From: Myxococcota bacterium
Lineage (GTDB): Bacteria; Myxococcota_A; SURF-8
Direction of reading: 5' to 3'
NCBI GenBank assembly: GCA_963674735.2
Contig: CAXXQS010000003.1
Location: forward strand, 96,001 to 160,000
DNA: 64,000 nt
Below the pieces are notes generated by a model, which was given only the letters and a program-made list of their open reading frames with translations, made no database searches and had not been told where the DNA came from. Made by a program: the position numbers and the translations under genes. Shown piece after piece: positions 10,225 through 20,196 of the stretch (its first letter is position 1; each line of letters begins with the position of its first letter).

Positions 10225-11664
10225 ATGAAGGGACTGTTTTTGTTATCCTGTTGGGTGATTGTTTTCCTTTTCATGCTGAGTGGATGTGATACCGGTGATG
10301 ATAGCGTGTCGTCTCATTCTCCCGAAACGGATGGTGATAGTGAAAACGGAGTTGGCGAAAGTGCGGAGGACTCCGATTCCGATGAGCTCCACTCGGTAGA
10401 TGGGGATACCGATCGCGATGGCGCGGACGAAGCGGATGTCGAAAAAGATAACGAATCCGGCTGGGTGTTACCGGACGGTTTCGAAGCCTTCGATCCGGCG
10501 GCTTGTCAACTGGAAGAGCCGATCGATTGGGGCGGAATCGATCCGGCCTACGAACGGGTTCATTCTGGAAATGCGGTTTTGGACAAGAACTTTTATTTGC
10601 TGACCCTTTTAATAGAAGTCGAGGCTTATCGACAGTCCGTCTTGACCGATCCTGCGTTATCTGCCCGAGCGGAAGAGGAAACCGCCGATTTGGCCACCGC
10701 TGCGGCGAATTGTGCGGGGGATGTGGCCTGCGCGGCCGGATATCTGACGTTTGACGAAACGGATCTTGTGGACCTTACCGCGGCCTTTACGTCTGTTTTC
10801 AACAAGGATTCCGCGCCGCACATCATTTCCGAACATCTGCGGCCCTCCGGGATGTTTCACCTCTATTCCGCTGAGATCGATTCACTGTATATTGAGCAGG
10901 TGCTTACCGAAACCTTTAACGGCCTAGCCGGAGCCTTTTCCCGTTTCGGCAACGATCTGGGTGCGACCGGACTGAATGCCATTCTGGTTGACCAGGTCTC
11001 CTCACTATCGGAGGATGTACTCTTTTTCGAACCGCTTTTACAAACAACCTTGGCGGTGATGGCGCAGATTTCGCGTGACGAAGCCGGGCGCTATGAGCCC
11101 ATGGAAGAGGGCGAGAACAAGGCGGCGTTGGACGCGTTATCTTCGATCGACTGGGAGGCTTATCCCTATATCGCGATGTTGCTACCGGGCATGGGGCCCG
11201 ACGATCTGGAAACTCCCCTGGACCTGGCTAGCGCCTTGCGTTGCGATCTGGCCGCCGAACGCTATCGGGCCGGTCTGGTGCCCATCATTATCCCGTCGGG
11301 CGGTCATGTCCATCCCGATCAGACGCCGTATAGCGAAGCGGTTGAGATGAAACGCTATCTGATGGAAACCCATGGAGTGCCCGAAACGGCGATTTTGATC
11401 GATCCACACGCGCGTCATACCACTACCAACCTACGCAATGTTACACGGCTCCTCATCCGCTATGGTTTTCCGGTAGATCGGCCGGTTCTCACCACAACCG
11501 ATCTTTTCCAAAGCGCGTATATCTTGAGTATGGAAGGACGTTGTAACCGGGAACTGGGTTATGTACCCTGGCGGTCAGTCGTCAGACTCGGCGATACCGA
11601 CAACTGCTGGATGGTTCACCCCGCCAGTTTGCATCTGGCTCCCGCGGATCCGTTGGATCCCTAG
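10225..11664 (+). CDS. Lipoprotein with acidic linker and C-terminal YdcF/ElyC/DUF218 domain
   Basis: Lipobox LSGC; D/E/S-rich linker; IIPSGGHVHP, SEAVEMKRYL and IDPHARHTTTNLRN. Confidence 0.8.
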   Translation: MKGLFLLSCWVIVFLFMLSGCDTGDDSVSSHSPETDGDSENGVGESAEDSDSDELHSVDGDTDRDGADEADVEKDNESGWVLPDGFEAFDPAACQLEEPIDWGGIDPAYERVHSGNAVLDKNFYLLTLLIEVEAYRQSVLTDPALSARAEEETADLATAAANCAGDVACAAGYLTFDETDLVDLTAAFTSVFNKDSAPHIISEHLRPSGMFHLYSAEIDSLYIEQVLTETFNGLAGAFSRFGNDLGATGLNAILVDQVSSLSEDVLFFEPLLQTTLAVMAQISRDEAGRYEPMEEGENKAALDALSSIDWEAYPYIAMLLPGMGPDDLETPLDLASALRCDLAAERYRAGLVPIIIPSGGHVHPDQTPYSEAVEMKRYLMETHGVPETAILIDPHARHTTTNLRNVTRLLIRYGFPVDRPVLTTTDLFQSAYILSMEGRCNRELGYVPWRSVVRLGDTDNCWMVHPASLHLAPADPLDP

Positions 11665-11716
11665 AAAGGCTCTGTGATTTCGCGAGACGGTTGTAGCACC
11701 GAATCGTATCGTCGGA

Positions 11717-12154
11717 TCAGGGACGTGCGTCCAGGTCTTCGAGATTGATCTCGACTTTCAGAATCTGGCCGACGGCCTCTACCAGTTTAATCGGTTTGAT
11801 CGGTTTTTCGACGATGACGCGTGGCTTGGTACGTGTATCGAAGGCTGTCAGCTCTTTTACGTCCTTGCTGCCGAATTCATCGCTGGCGTGTGCGGTGATG
11901 ACGATCACAGGGATATCTTTCCATTTGCTTTCGGCCCGCAACTCGCGCATGAATTGAATGCCGGATTTGCGCGGCATCACCATATCGAGCGTAATCAGGT
12001 CCGGTGTGCGGGATTTCACTTTCTCAAGTGCGACTTCGCCGTTTTCGGCCTCGTCGACCTCGAACCCGACGTCTTCCAGCATGGCGGCAAGAAAGGCGCG
12101 CACATCCGGTTCATCGTCAACTACCAGGATGAATTTCTCTTCTGGGCTGGCCAT
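11717..12154 (-). CDS. Single-domain response regulator receiver
   Basis: ILVVDD, DLITLDMVMP, KP motif. Confidence 0.9.
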   Translation of the reverse strand: MASPEEKFILVVDDEPDVRAFLAAMLEDVGFEVDEAENGEVALEKVKSRTPDLITLDMVMPRKSGIQFMRELRAESKWKDIPVIVITAHASDEFGSKDVKELTAFDTRTKPRVIVEKPIKPIKLVEAVGQILKVEINLEDLDARP

Positions 12155-12372
12155 GGCATTCTCCTTCAAGCATAAACCATTCTTGCGAAAGTGCCTTTAA
12201 GGGTGATACTACCCGTTCAACACTTCGACCCCTGCCTGGTTTCGTTCACGGTTTCACTGTGAACGATGATCACTTCTCTTGCTCGATGCGCGTCTGTCCG
12301 CCCTAAGTGTGTTGCGGACGATTACCCGGGCGGATCCACATTCGCTTTTTCGATGTGACGCCCTTATTTCGT

Positions 12373-12726
12373 TCAGGCCAGAGCTTTCGCGACTTCGGCC
12401 AATAGAACGTCCTTGTCCACCGGTTTATCCACCACCGTCACTCGATTCGAGATCGACCAATTTCGGCCGGATAAGCCACTGACCACGATGATCGGGACGT
12501 CGCTCAGATCCTTTTTCTTCCGCAAGTGTCTGTAGAAACCGACTCCGGTTTCGTTGGGCATCATGATATCTAAGGTAATAAGGTCGGGTTTCTCTTGCAA
12601 AATGGATTCCATGGCTTCGAAGCCATCGGACGCGGTGCGTACCGTGTATTCTGCGTCTTCCAGAATCGCTGTCAGATAATCTCGCACGTCCATTTCATCG
12701 TCGACAACCAATATTGTCTTGCTCAT
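12373..12726 (-). CDS. Single-domain response regulator receiver
   Basis: ILVVDD, DLITLDIMMP, DKP. Confidence 0.9.
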   Translation of the reverse strand: MSKTILVVDDEMDVRDYLTAILEDAEYTVRTASDGFEAMESILQEKPDLITLDIMMPNETGVGFYRHLRKKKDLSDVPIIVVSGLSGRNWSISNRVTVVDKPVDKDVLLAEVAKALA

Positions 12727-12799
12727 ACCTGTTTGCCTTCCTTCTTATGTGCCTGGCCCACTTGTCGGTGATAAGCCGTGTGGGGTTGGCGCAGGTCAA

Positions 12800-12937
12800 T
12801 CAGTCGTGCGTGTCCCGATCGGTAAGAAAGCGCCAGAAAAAGACGAAACTCACCAGAGATAAGATGACGATCGAATACGTGATACCTTCAGAAGTGGTCA
12901 TGAAGTCCTGAAGGGTGTGGAACAAGCTATCGTGCAT
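12800..12937 (-). CDS. hmcD: HmcD-like small membrane subunit (45 aa)
   Basis: Below the ORF-track cutoff; MHDSLFHTLQDFMTTSEGITYSIVILSLVSFVFFWRFLTDRDTHD with one TM helix, GGAGG RBS, directly after hmcC. Confidence 0.8.
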   Translation of the reverse strand: MHDSLFHTLQDFMTTSEGITYSIVILSLVSFVFFWRFLTDRDTHD

Positions 12938-12955
12938 TTTCGCCTCCCGGCTCGG

Positions 12956-14137
12956 TTAGTGATCATCCTGTGGAAAATCCGGGTGTTCGAAAAAAATCGG
13001 CATGCGCGTCACAATAAATCGGAAAACAAGCACGGCTACCGTTATGAGGAAAACGGAAATGCCGATTTCCATCCAGTGCGGGACATACCGCAGGTCGTTG
13101 GGCAGATGATAATTAAAAGCCACCAGCGAAACATTCAGCCGATTCACGATGATGCCCAGGACTGTCCATCCAGCGGTGTACTGGATCAGCTTTTTGTTTT
13201 TGTCACGCACCCCTAAAGCGTACAGGAAACAGGGAAGTAAGACAAAACCTAAAATCTCGACTAGAAACCATGCCCCATAACCGGTTGCAAGATACTTCCA
13301 ATTGTGATCGAGAGACACGCCGATAACCTTGATCGCGAAATAGGCGGCGAGAACGACCGATCCCGCTTTCCCGAAACCGAAAACGAGTTGTGCGGAGGCT
13401 TCCTCGTAATGTTTATCCATCTTGTGGTGGAAAAACTTATGGGAGATTGAGGCCTCGAATAGAACCATCGAAATACCGGCGGCAATACTCGACACGAAAA
13501 AGAAGACCGGCATGAAGGAAGAATACCACAGTGGGTGTAGCTTCGAAGGGGCCATCAAATACATGGCTCCGAGGGACGACTGGTGCAGGGTCGAGAGCAC
13601 AACGCCGAAGATGGTTAGAAGAATCGTGAGTTTCGAGATGATGCGCGCGACCTTCTTGATACCCAACCATTCAAGCGGCGCGCTGGAAAATTCGAGGAAC
13701 AACACGGTCAGGTAAAGGGCGACGCAGGCGGCCACTTCGAACATCACGGAGGTGGTGCCCTGCTGTACGAGGAAAGGATAGGGCAGGCGCAAGGGCCGTC
13801 CCACATCGTAGAGCAAAGCCACGACTACCAGGGAGTAACCCAAGAAGCCGGTCAGGATCGCAGGCCGGACGGCGGCGTGGTATTTTTTCATGCCGAACAG
13901 GTAAACGCCTGCGGAGGTGGTGTAGCCACCCGCCGCCAAGGCGACTCCGGCAAGCAGATCGAAGCCGATCCAGAATCCCCACGGGGTGTAGGAATCGAGG
14001 TTGGTGACGGCTCCCAGTCCTTGGGTGAAACGCATGAAGGTCAACACCAGTCCCATGACGATGATGGCCCCCGCGATGACGTTGAACGGTGTCAGCCAGC
14101 CGCGGGCCGGAAGTGCCGCCGTGGTGCCGTTGGACAT
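12956..14137 (-). CDS. hmcC: NrfD/HybB-family integral membrane subunit (HmcC)
   Basis: PWGFWIGFDLLAGVALAAGG, DVGRP, LSTLHQSSLG, LHPLW. Confidence 0.88.
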   Translation of the reverse strand: MSNGTTAALPARGWLTPFNVIAGAIIVMGLVLTFMRFTQGLGAVTNLDSYTPWGFWIGFDLLAGVALAAGGYTTSAGVYLFGMKKYHAAVRPAILTGFLGYSLVVVALLYDVGRPLRLPYPFLVQQGTTSVMFEVAACVALYLTVLFLEFSSAPLEWLGIKKVARIISKLTILLTIFGVVLSTLHQSSLGAMYLMAPSKLHPLWYSSFMPVFFFVSSIAAGISMVLFEASISHKFFHHKMDKHYEEASAQLVFGFGKAGSVVLAAYFAIKVIGVSLDHNWKYLATGYGAWFLVEILGFVLLPCFLYALGVRDKNKKLIQYTAGWTVLGIIVNRLNVSLVAFNYHLPNDLRYVPHWMEIGISVFLITVAVLVFRFIVTRMPIFFEHPDFPQDDH

Positions 14138-15201
14138 TATGCTTTCTCCTCCGCTTGTTCGCGGGCCTTTTCGGCCTCCGCCAGCGCTTTTTTCACCGCC
14201 TGGTCGATGGCTTTCTCTTTTTGCAACTCGGCTTTTTTCTTGTAGTCATCGAGATCGGCATTGGCCTTCGTCGTGGTCTGGTCGATGGCCGTTTTCACGG
14301 CTTCAGCCTGTTCTTGCGCCGCCACTTTCTCCTTGCGTTTATTGATCGCCCAAACGCCGGTCAGCAGGGCTGGCCAGAGACCCACCACCATCGGGACCGC
14401 TCCCAGTGCACCGGCGGTGAGTTTCGGAGGGGGGGTGACACCGACATGGGTGCTGAGTCCGATTTTGTCGAAGGGGACACCGGAAAGGTACAGCCAGCTT
14501 GTGCCGCTGATTTCTTTTTCACCATAGATGTGGTCGATGTACCGATCGGGATGTTTTTCGATACGGTCACGGGCGATTTTAATCAGGTCGTCGCGTTTTC
14601 CGAAGGTCAAGGCTTCCATCGGGCACGCTTCGACGCAGCCGGGCAGCTTGCCTTCCTTGATCCTGGGATAACACATCGTGCAGCGCACGACCACCGGCGA
14701 GAAGGCGTTGTCGTACTCGTAGCCCGGGAGACTCCACGGGCAGGCCAGCAGACAATAGCGGCACCCGACGCACACGCTGGGATCGTAAACGACGGCCCCT
14801 TCGGGGCTTTTCGTGAAGGCGTGAACGAAACAAACATTGCCGCAGGCCGGTTCCAGGCAATGATTGCATTGCAGCTTGCGATAAACCGGACCGCCGTCTT
14901 TGCCCACGCCGTCGTAGCGGTTGACGACCGTGAAGACGCCGGTTTTAGTGCGACGTTTTTCTTCGAAAACCGATTTGTCGTCGAAGGGCTTGTCGGGTTT
15001 GGGGAGGTTGTTCACCTCATTGCAGGCCGCCTCGCAGGAACGGCAACCCACGCAGCGGGTGGTGTCGTGCAAGACGCCATAGCTGCCTGGGTAGCCATCG
15101 AAATGCTTGTTGGCCGACGCAGCCTGGGCCGGTTGGGCCAAGGCCGTCGTTGCGCCCGCCGCGGCGAATAGTTTCAACAATTTCCGACGGGAACGATCCA
15201 T
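14137..15201 (-). CDS. hmcB: Tat-exported 4Fe-4S protein, HybA/HmcB family
   Basis: SRRKLLK Tat signal; CVGCRSCEAAC, CNHCLEPAC, CVGCRYCLLACP, CTMC...CVEACP; C-terminal TM helix plus helical tail. Confidence 0.88.
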   Translation of the reverse strand: MDRSRRKLLKLFAAAGATTALAQPAQAASANKHFDGYPGSYGVLHDTTRCVGCRSCEAACNEVNNLPKPDKPFDDKSVFEEKRRTKTGVFTVVNRYDGVGKDGGPVYRKLQCNHCLEPACGNVCFVHAFTKSPEGAVVYDPSVCVGCRYCLLACPWSLPGYEYDNAFSPVVVRCTMCYPRIKEGKLPGCVEACPMEALTFGKRDDLIKIARDRIEKHPDRYIDHIYGEKEISGTSWLYLSGVPFDKIGLSTHVGVTPPPKLTAGALGAVPMVVGLWPALLTGVWAINKRKEKVAAQEQAEAVKTAIDQTTTKANADLDDYKKKAELQKEKAIDQAVKKALAEAEKAREQAEEKA

Positions 15202-15205
15202 CTTC

Positions 15206-16798
15206 TCACTCCTTGCTGGCGTGGGGCTTGTGGCAGTCGGAACAGCCTTGCAGGTTGTCGAGACCCATTTTTTGGTGGCAGCCCACACATTGCAGGTGAT
15301 ACGCGCCCTTGAGTCCGGGCCGGTTCAGGTTGTTTTCGTCAAACGGTGCGCTATGGCAGCTTGTGCAACTGGGAGGTAGTTGGCCGACCGGGGTGTTGTG
15401 GTGGCAACCCTGGCACAAGGTGTCGTTGGTGCGGTGGAAAACCGCAGCCAGTCGGCTGGCGGCGACACCCGGTTTGCCATCGTAACCTTTGAGCAAAGCA
15501 TCGATAACCTTGCGATGTGGAAACAGGCTGCCTTTGTATTTACTTTCAAGGGAATCGATCAACACCGTTTCCGGGATAGTGCCGGGGGAGAACGAGAAGG
15601 TCTGGGCTGCAATAGCCGTACCCGCTTCGGCTTCCTGAGCGTTTTTCGGTGTGGGAGACCCTTGTTGATCGCCGCCGTGGCAGACCGTACAAGCGCTTTG
15701 CGGAATCTCGTTTTGAGCCATGGGAGCATGGCATCCCGCGCATTCCGGCCGCTTCTTGCTGCCTTCGTGGCAGTTGATGCAGGTGCCGTCGAGCTTGAAA
15801 CTGTGGAAGGCGTTTTCAAGCGTGATCCCGGCACCCTGGTGTTTGCCGTCCAGGGTGTGGCAGGTGCTGCAACTCTGCATGTGTCCGTGATGACAAGCTC
15901 GGCAGGTGTCGGTGTAGCCTTCATGGGCTTTGTGTGGGAAGCGGACCGGCTTCATGCGATGCGCGCCCGGTGCTTGAATCCCGCTTGAGACAATGACATT
16001 GTCGGGCTGGTCGCGGTCGAGGCGCGGTGGATTGGGATCGATTTTCCAAGCCGCCTGCTTAGCTGCATCGTGGCAGCCCGCGCAGCGAGAGGGCCCACTG
16101 CTTTTACCGGCTGCGTCGAGTTGCCGATGGCAATCGAGACAAGCCCAATGGGCCGAACGACTCATCGAGGGGACGTCGCGGCTATCGACTTTCAGGTGGC
16201 AGTCGCGGCAGGAACTGGGCTTGCGCTTCGCTTCTTCGTTTTCTTCATCTTCGGTCAACAATATTTCGTGATGACAGGATTCGCATTTGTTGTGGGTGGC
16301 TGCGATGTGACGGGCGTGCAAAGAATGGTCGAATCCCATCGGTTGCCGATTATCCGTGTATTCCGGATCGCGTCGGTGACAGTCCCCGCAGGTAACCGGA
16401 CCACTTTCCTGGTCGTTGTCCAGACGTCGCTGGTGACAGCCGATACAATTGGAATGATAGACTTCCATCGTGCGCTCATAGTTTTCATCCGCCAAGCGCA
16501 TGAATTTCTGAGACAAGCGGCCGCTTGTCTCGGACAGATGGCAGGTCGAACAGTCCAGTCCATCGGCTTTGATGACATCGGTATGCGTGTCGTGTTTGAA
16601 CTGAACCGGAGCGCGTTCAAGTTCGTGGCGCAATAGCTTCATGCCATCGAGCGTGATCAGATCCGCTCGTCCCGGATCGCCGGGAGCTTCATCGCCGTAC
16701 AAATCGACGGCCATCAGTCCGATAAGCAGCAGGATCAGCAGCCCCGCTGCCTGTGGCCACGTTCTGCGTCTATGTGTTTTCACCATCATGCTTTCCAT
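15206..16798 (-). CDS. hmcA: High-molecular-mass hexadecaheme cytochrome c (HmcA)
   Basis: 16 CxxCH motifs counted; cytochrome c3-type FxH motifs (VQFKH, GFDHSLH, RFPHKAH, LFPHRK). Confidence 0.92.
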   Translation of the reverse strand: MESMMVKTHRRRTWPQAAGLLILLLIGLMAVDLYGDEAPGDPGRADLITLDGMKLLRHELERAPVQFKHDTHTDVIKADGLDCSTCHLSETSGRLSQKFMRLADENYERTMEVYHSNCIGCHQRRLDNDQESGPVTCGDCHRRDPEYTDNRQPMGFDHSLHARHIAATHNKCESCHHEILLTEDEENEEAKRKPSSCRDCHLKVDSRDVPSMSRSAHWACLDCHRQLDAAGKSSGPSRCAGCHDAAKQAAWKIDPNPPRLDRDQPDNVIVSSGIQAPGAHRMKPVRFPHKAHEGYTDTCRACHHGHMQSCSTCHTLDGKHQGAGITLENAFHSFKLDGTCINCHEGSKKRPECAGCHAPMAQNEIPQSACTVCHGGDQQGSPTPKNAQEAEAGTAIAAQTFSFSPGTIPETVLIDSLESKYKGSLFPHRKVIDALLKGYDGKPGVAASRLAAVFHRTNDTLCQGCHHNTPVGQLPPSCTSCHSAPFDENNLNRPGLKGAYHLQCVGCHQKMGLDNLQGCSDCHKPHASKE

Positions 16799-16821
16799 AC
16801 CCGCCCTTCAATGCCTCGGAG

Positions 16822-18132
16822 TTACCAGTCGACGACGTCCATCAGGATGTCGAGGATGAATTTTGTGTGCATGTGCAGATCGTAGTAGCCGATGATATCG
16901 TCGAGTCCGCTGTGACAATTATGGCAGGGGGACACCACGATTTCGGCTTGAGTGGCTTTGAGTTGCTCGGCTTTGACACGATTGCTTTTCATGCGATGGA
17001 TTTTCCACGGGGGACCGCAATTGATGATGCCACCGCCTGCCGCGCAGCAGTAATTGTGTTCCTTGTTGGGACTGACATCCGTGAATTTCTCACAAGTTTC
17101 GTTGATGATGTAGCGCAGTTTGTCGCCCAACCCCAAGCCGCGAACGGTGTTGCAGGGATCCTGTACCGTGACGTGCGCCTCAAACTTTTTCTTGATACGA
17201 AGTTTTTTGTTTTTGATCAAGTCGTAGTAGAAATCGATGGCATGCACCATCGGGATAGGCGGAAAACGCCAGCCCAGCCAGCGGGGACCGTCGTAGACGG
17301 CTCCGCGATAGGCGTGTCCGCATTCGCCCATCACGATCTTTTTCACTTTCAAACGCATGGCCGTTTCCCAATGCAGCCGCTCCACTCGGCCCATGATTTC
17401 ATAGTCGCCCGAGAACATGGCCATGTTGCTGTTGTCCCAGCCATCGGTGGCGGGCATGGTCCAGTCGATTCCGGCCCGGTGCATGACTTTGGCCATACCG
17501 GCGATGAGATGGGCGGTGATTTTGGGCTCCGGTCCGATAACCGAGTACATGACCTCCGCGCCTTCTTTTTCGAGCGGCAGTCGCAAGTCGGGGTAGTCGA
17601 ACTGGGCTTCCTCTTCCTGCCACATCAAGGTGTCGATCCATTCGTCCTGGTTGACCCACATCTGGTTCATCGTGGCCGAGTGACTGTTGGTCGTATCTTG
17701 CAGATAGGCGGGCACCATGTGCAACAGGTGGCAAATGCGTCGTCCAAGCAGGATCAGGTAGGCGATATCGATACCGAAGGGGCAGTACATGCTGCAACGG
17801 CGGCAGGTGCCGCATTCGGTGTAGACGATACGCGACATATTGCGGATGAATTCCGGTTCCACCAGTCCGTCTCGTTTGACCAGTTCCCAAATGGTGTTGC
17901 GTACCTTCGATACCGGCGCATATTGTGGGTCACGATCGAAAGACAGATAGGTGTGGCAGGCTTCCGCACATAGTCCGCAGCGGACGCAGGTTTCCATGTA
18001 CATCTTGAAGCGCCCGGCCGTTTCCTGAGTGAGCACGCGTTTCACGACTCGTTGGATCTTTTCCGGCGTCAGCCGCTTGATGCCTTCATCGAGGCCGGAA
18101 TCTTTGATCTTGTCATCAACGATGGTTACCAT
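16822..18132 (-). CDS. tmcB: TmcB/HmcF-like Fe-S protein (HdrD/DsrK-related, CCG domain)
   Basis: CVRCGLCAEAC, CGTCRRCSMYCP, ECGH, QDPCN, CCAAGGG, PCHNC. Confidence 0.85.
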   Translation of the reverse strand: MVTIVDDKIKDSGLDEGIKRLTPEKIQRVVKRVLTQETAGRFKMYMETCVRCGLCAEACHTYLSFDRDPQYAPVSKVRNTIWELVKRDGLVEPEFIRNMSRIVYTECGTCRRCSMYCPFGIDIAYLILLGRRICHLLHMVPAYLQDTTNSHSATMNQMWVNQDEWIDTLMWQEEEAQFDYPDLRLPLEKEGAEVMYSVIGPEPKITAHLIAGMAKVMHRAGIDWTMPATDGWDNSNMAMFSGDYEIMGRVERLHWETAMRLKVKKIVMGECGHAYRGAVYDGPRWLGWRFPPIPMVHAIDFYYDLIKNKKLRIKKKFEAHVTVQDPCNTVRGLGLGDKLRYIINETCEKFTDVSPNKEHNYCCAAGGGIINCGPPWKIHRMKSNRVKAEQLKATQAEIVVSPCHNCHSGLDDIIGYYDLHMHTKFILDILMDVVDW

Positions 18133-18165
18133 TGTTGGTTTGCCCTCCTCGCAGGTCGAATGCGC

Positions 18166-18813
18166 CTACCAGTCTTTTGAATTTCGTACGTAACCGAATT
18201 CGCTACCCATGTAAGCCCGTGACAAGCCGAAATAGATCATGTGTATCAGCCGGGTGAACGGAATGGCGATCAACCAGGCGGCACCGAACATCATGTGGAT
18301 AGTGATCGTCGTTTCGTAGCTTCCCACCTGATAATAGGCCAACATGCCGGAGATGAACGGTCCAAGTACCAGCAACAGCAAAAGATAATCTTTGATCGTG
18401 CTGATGAGCCGCACGGTCGGGTTCGCAATCCGGCGCAGACCGAAAATCAAGCCGAATACGATTAGGATGATCGTCATGGCGTTGGTGAGCCCATCGGGTA
18501 GATGCGGCCAGCCGAAGCCCCAGGATTCACGGATGAGTGCGATGTGACCAAGGGCGAATAATGGTGTGGCGAACAGCAGGAAGTGGAATCCGAACGAAAC
18601 CAGGGTGAAACCGGGTCGCATACGCATGTTGGTGCTGCCAAATGGAATCAGCCAGTGCAGAATCGAGCGCAACCCGTATTTAAAATTGAAATAGGCGTAA
18701 AAGACTTTATCTTTTTTCGCCAGTTTGTGCAGGGTTATCACTTTGTAAAGGCTTCCGACGATGAAAGCGGCGAAAGCGATCCAAACCAGTGGTCCGCGAG
18801 CGAATTCATACAT
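18166..18813 (-). CDS. tmcC: TmcC/HmcE-like membrane cytochrome b (NarI family)
   Basis: MYEFARGPLVW, SILHWLIPFGS, FH..LF, GH, IPFTRLIHM, RAYMGSEFG. Confidence 0.85.
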   Translation of the reverse strand: MYEFARGPLVWIAFAAFIVGSLYKVITLHKLAKKDKVFYAYFNFKYGLRSILHWLIPFGSTNMRMRPGFTLVSFGFHFLLFATPLFALGHIALIRESWGFGWPHLPDGLTNAMTIILIVFGLIFGLRRIANPTVRLISTIKDYLLLLLVLGPFISGMLAYYQVGSYETTITIHMMFGAAWLIAIPFTRLIHMIYFGLSRAYMGSEFGYVRNSKDW

Positions 18814-18870
18814 GGCTGTATCCTTCTGAAAGTCGTCGTATCCGTTTTCCCGTTGCGATCGGGAAACGGA

Positions 18871-20118
18871 TCATAACGCAATGACCTCCCGCACGTACTG
18901 ACCATTGTGAACGTAACGCAAAAGCAGGCTGTCGCCGTCGGGACTGAATGTCGGGTCCCAAAGCTTGTCGAAGCCGTCCGCTACGATACGGCCATCCACA
19001 ACGGCGCAGAAGCGTCCGTCGCGGTCGGCGCGGGTCGCTACCCGATGACCGCTCGGGCTGAATAGCGGTTCGTAAATCATATCAAAGGTTTCGTTCCAGG
19101 TCTGGTCGTCAACCGCGATGCTCCAGCGGTTGTCGGATTTGACTACAGTTGCCAAACGCGCTCCATCGGGGGAGAAAACAGGTGTTTCCACCAGGTCACT
19201 CCAACGCGATTTCCAGGGTTGGTCGTCGATTGCGAGGGTCCAGCGACCGAATTCCGGCGCAACGACGGCGGCCAAGCGCCGACCATCGGGGGACAGCCGT
19301 TGGTTCCACAATTGGGCATAGGAACGTTCCCAGAAAATCTCGCCGTTTTTGGCCATCCACCAGTTTCCTTGTTTACGTACGGGGGCGACTACCGATCCGT
19401 CACTGAGAAACAAGGGTTTCCACACACCGCCGAAAATCTGACTCCAAGCTCGTCCGTTTTTGGCGATGGTGTATTGATCGTTGCTGACGCGCACCTCGGC
19501 AGCCACCGATTCGCTTTTGGCGTCGAACACGGGGTTCCAGGCCCCGACAAAGGTATTGTCCCAAGCCTGATTGTCTACCGCAACGGTCCAGACTCCTTTG
19601 AAAAAACTGTCCAGATCGGCGGGCTTGAGCACTTGGGTTTGTACCGTTGTGGCCGCGTGCTGACCGTCGGGACTGAGGGCGTGATCGCGGATGGCGTCGA
19701 AATGGTTGCCCCAGGCTTCGCCGTTGTGCACGATGCCGAAGTCCATGCCCTCTTTGACCATGAGTAGTGAGGATTCACCATCGGATGAATATAGCGGACT
19801 CCAGGCGAAGGCGTAACGGCCTTCCAATGGCTGGTCGTTGATGGCGACGGTCCATTCATCGTCAATTCGAACAAGGCAAGCCACCTGACTGGGAGAAATG
19901 AAACGCAAACTCCACGTCTTTTCCGATGTGGTTTCCCATGGTAGATCGTTCAGTTGAACGAGGTGGTCGCCGGATTCTTCCCGCACGACCATCGCCAACG
20001 TTTCGCCGTCAGGGCTTGGCACCATTTCCTCGATGGTCCGATTGTCTTGTGTAGCGGAGGCAAGACTAAATACCTGCCTGCGGCCCACCTGCCAATCGAT
20101 TTGTTTGCCACCTGCCAT
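18871..20118 (-). CDS. tmcD: TmcD-like Trp-rich beta-propeller protein
   Basis: Repeated FSPDG and WTVAVD..W units; immediately upstream of tmcC. Confidence 0.8.
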   Translation of the reverse strand: MAGGKQIDWQVGRRQVFSLASATQDNRTIEEMVPSPDGETLAMVVREESGDHLVQLNDLPWETTSEKTWSLRFISPSQVACLVRIDDEWTVAINDQPLEGRYAFAWSPLYSSDGESSLLMVKEGMDFGIVHNGEAWGNHFDAIRDHALSPDGQHAATTVQTQVLKPADLDSFFKGVWTVAVDNQAWDNTFVGAWNPVFDAKSESVAAEVRVSNDQYTIAKNGRAWSQIFGGVWKPLFLSDGSVVAPVRKQGNWWMAKNGEIFWERSYAQLWNQRLSPDGRRLAAVVAPEFGRWTLAIDDQPWKSRWSDLVETPVFSPDGARLATVVKSDNRWSIAVDDQTWNETFDMIYEPLFSPSGHRVATRADRDGRFCAVVDGRIVADGFDKLWDPTFSPDGDSLLLRYVHNGQYVREVIAL

Positions 20119-20196
20119 CTCAATGCACTCCCGAGTTGACTAAAGTTGAGATCAAGCGCCTGTTAGCGCATCCGGGACACGAGTATCATACTCAAG

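Noticed and set aside
12243-12266. Hairpin TCGTTCACGG...CTGTGAACGA between the two receiver genes
   Set aside because: No U-tract and no recognisable RNA family; at most an mRNA-stabilising stem.
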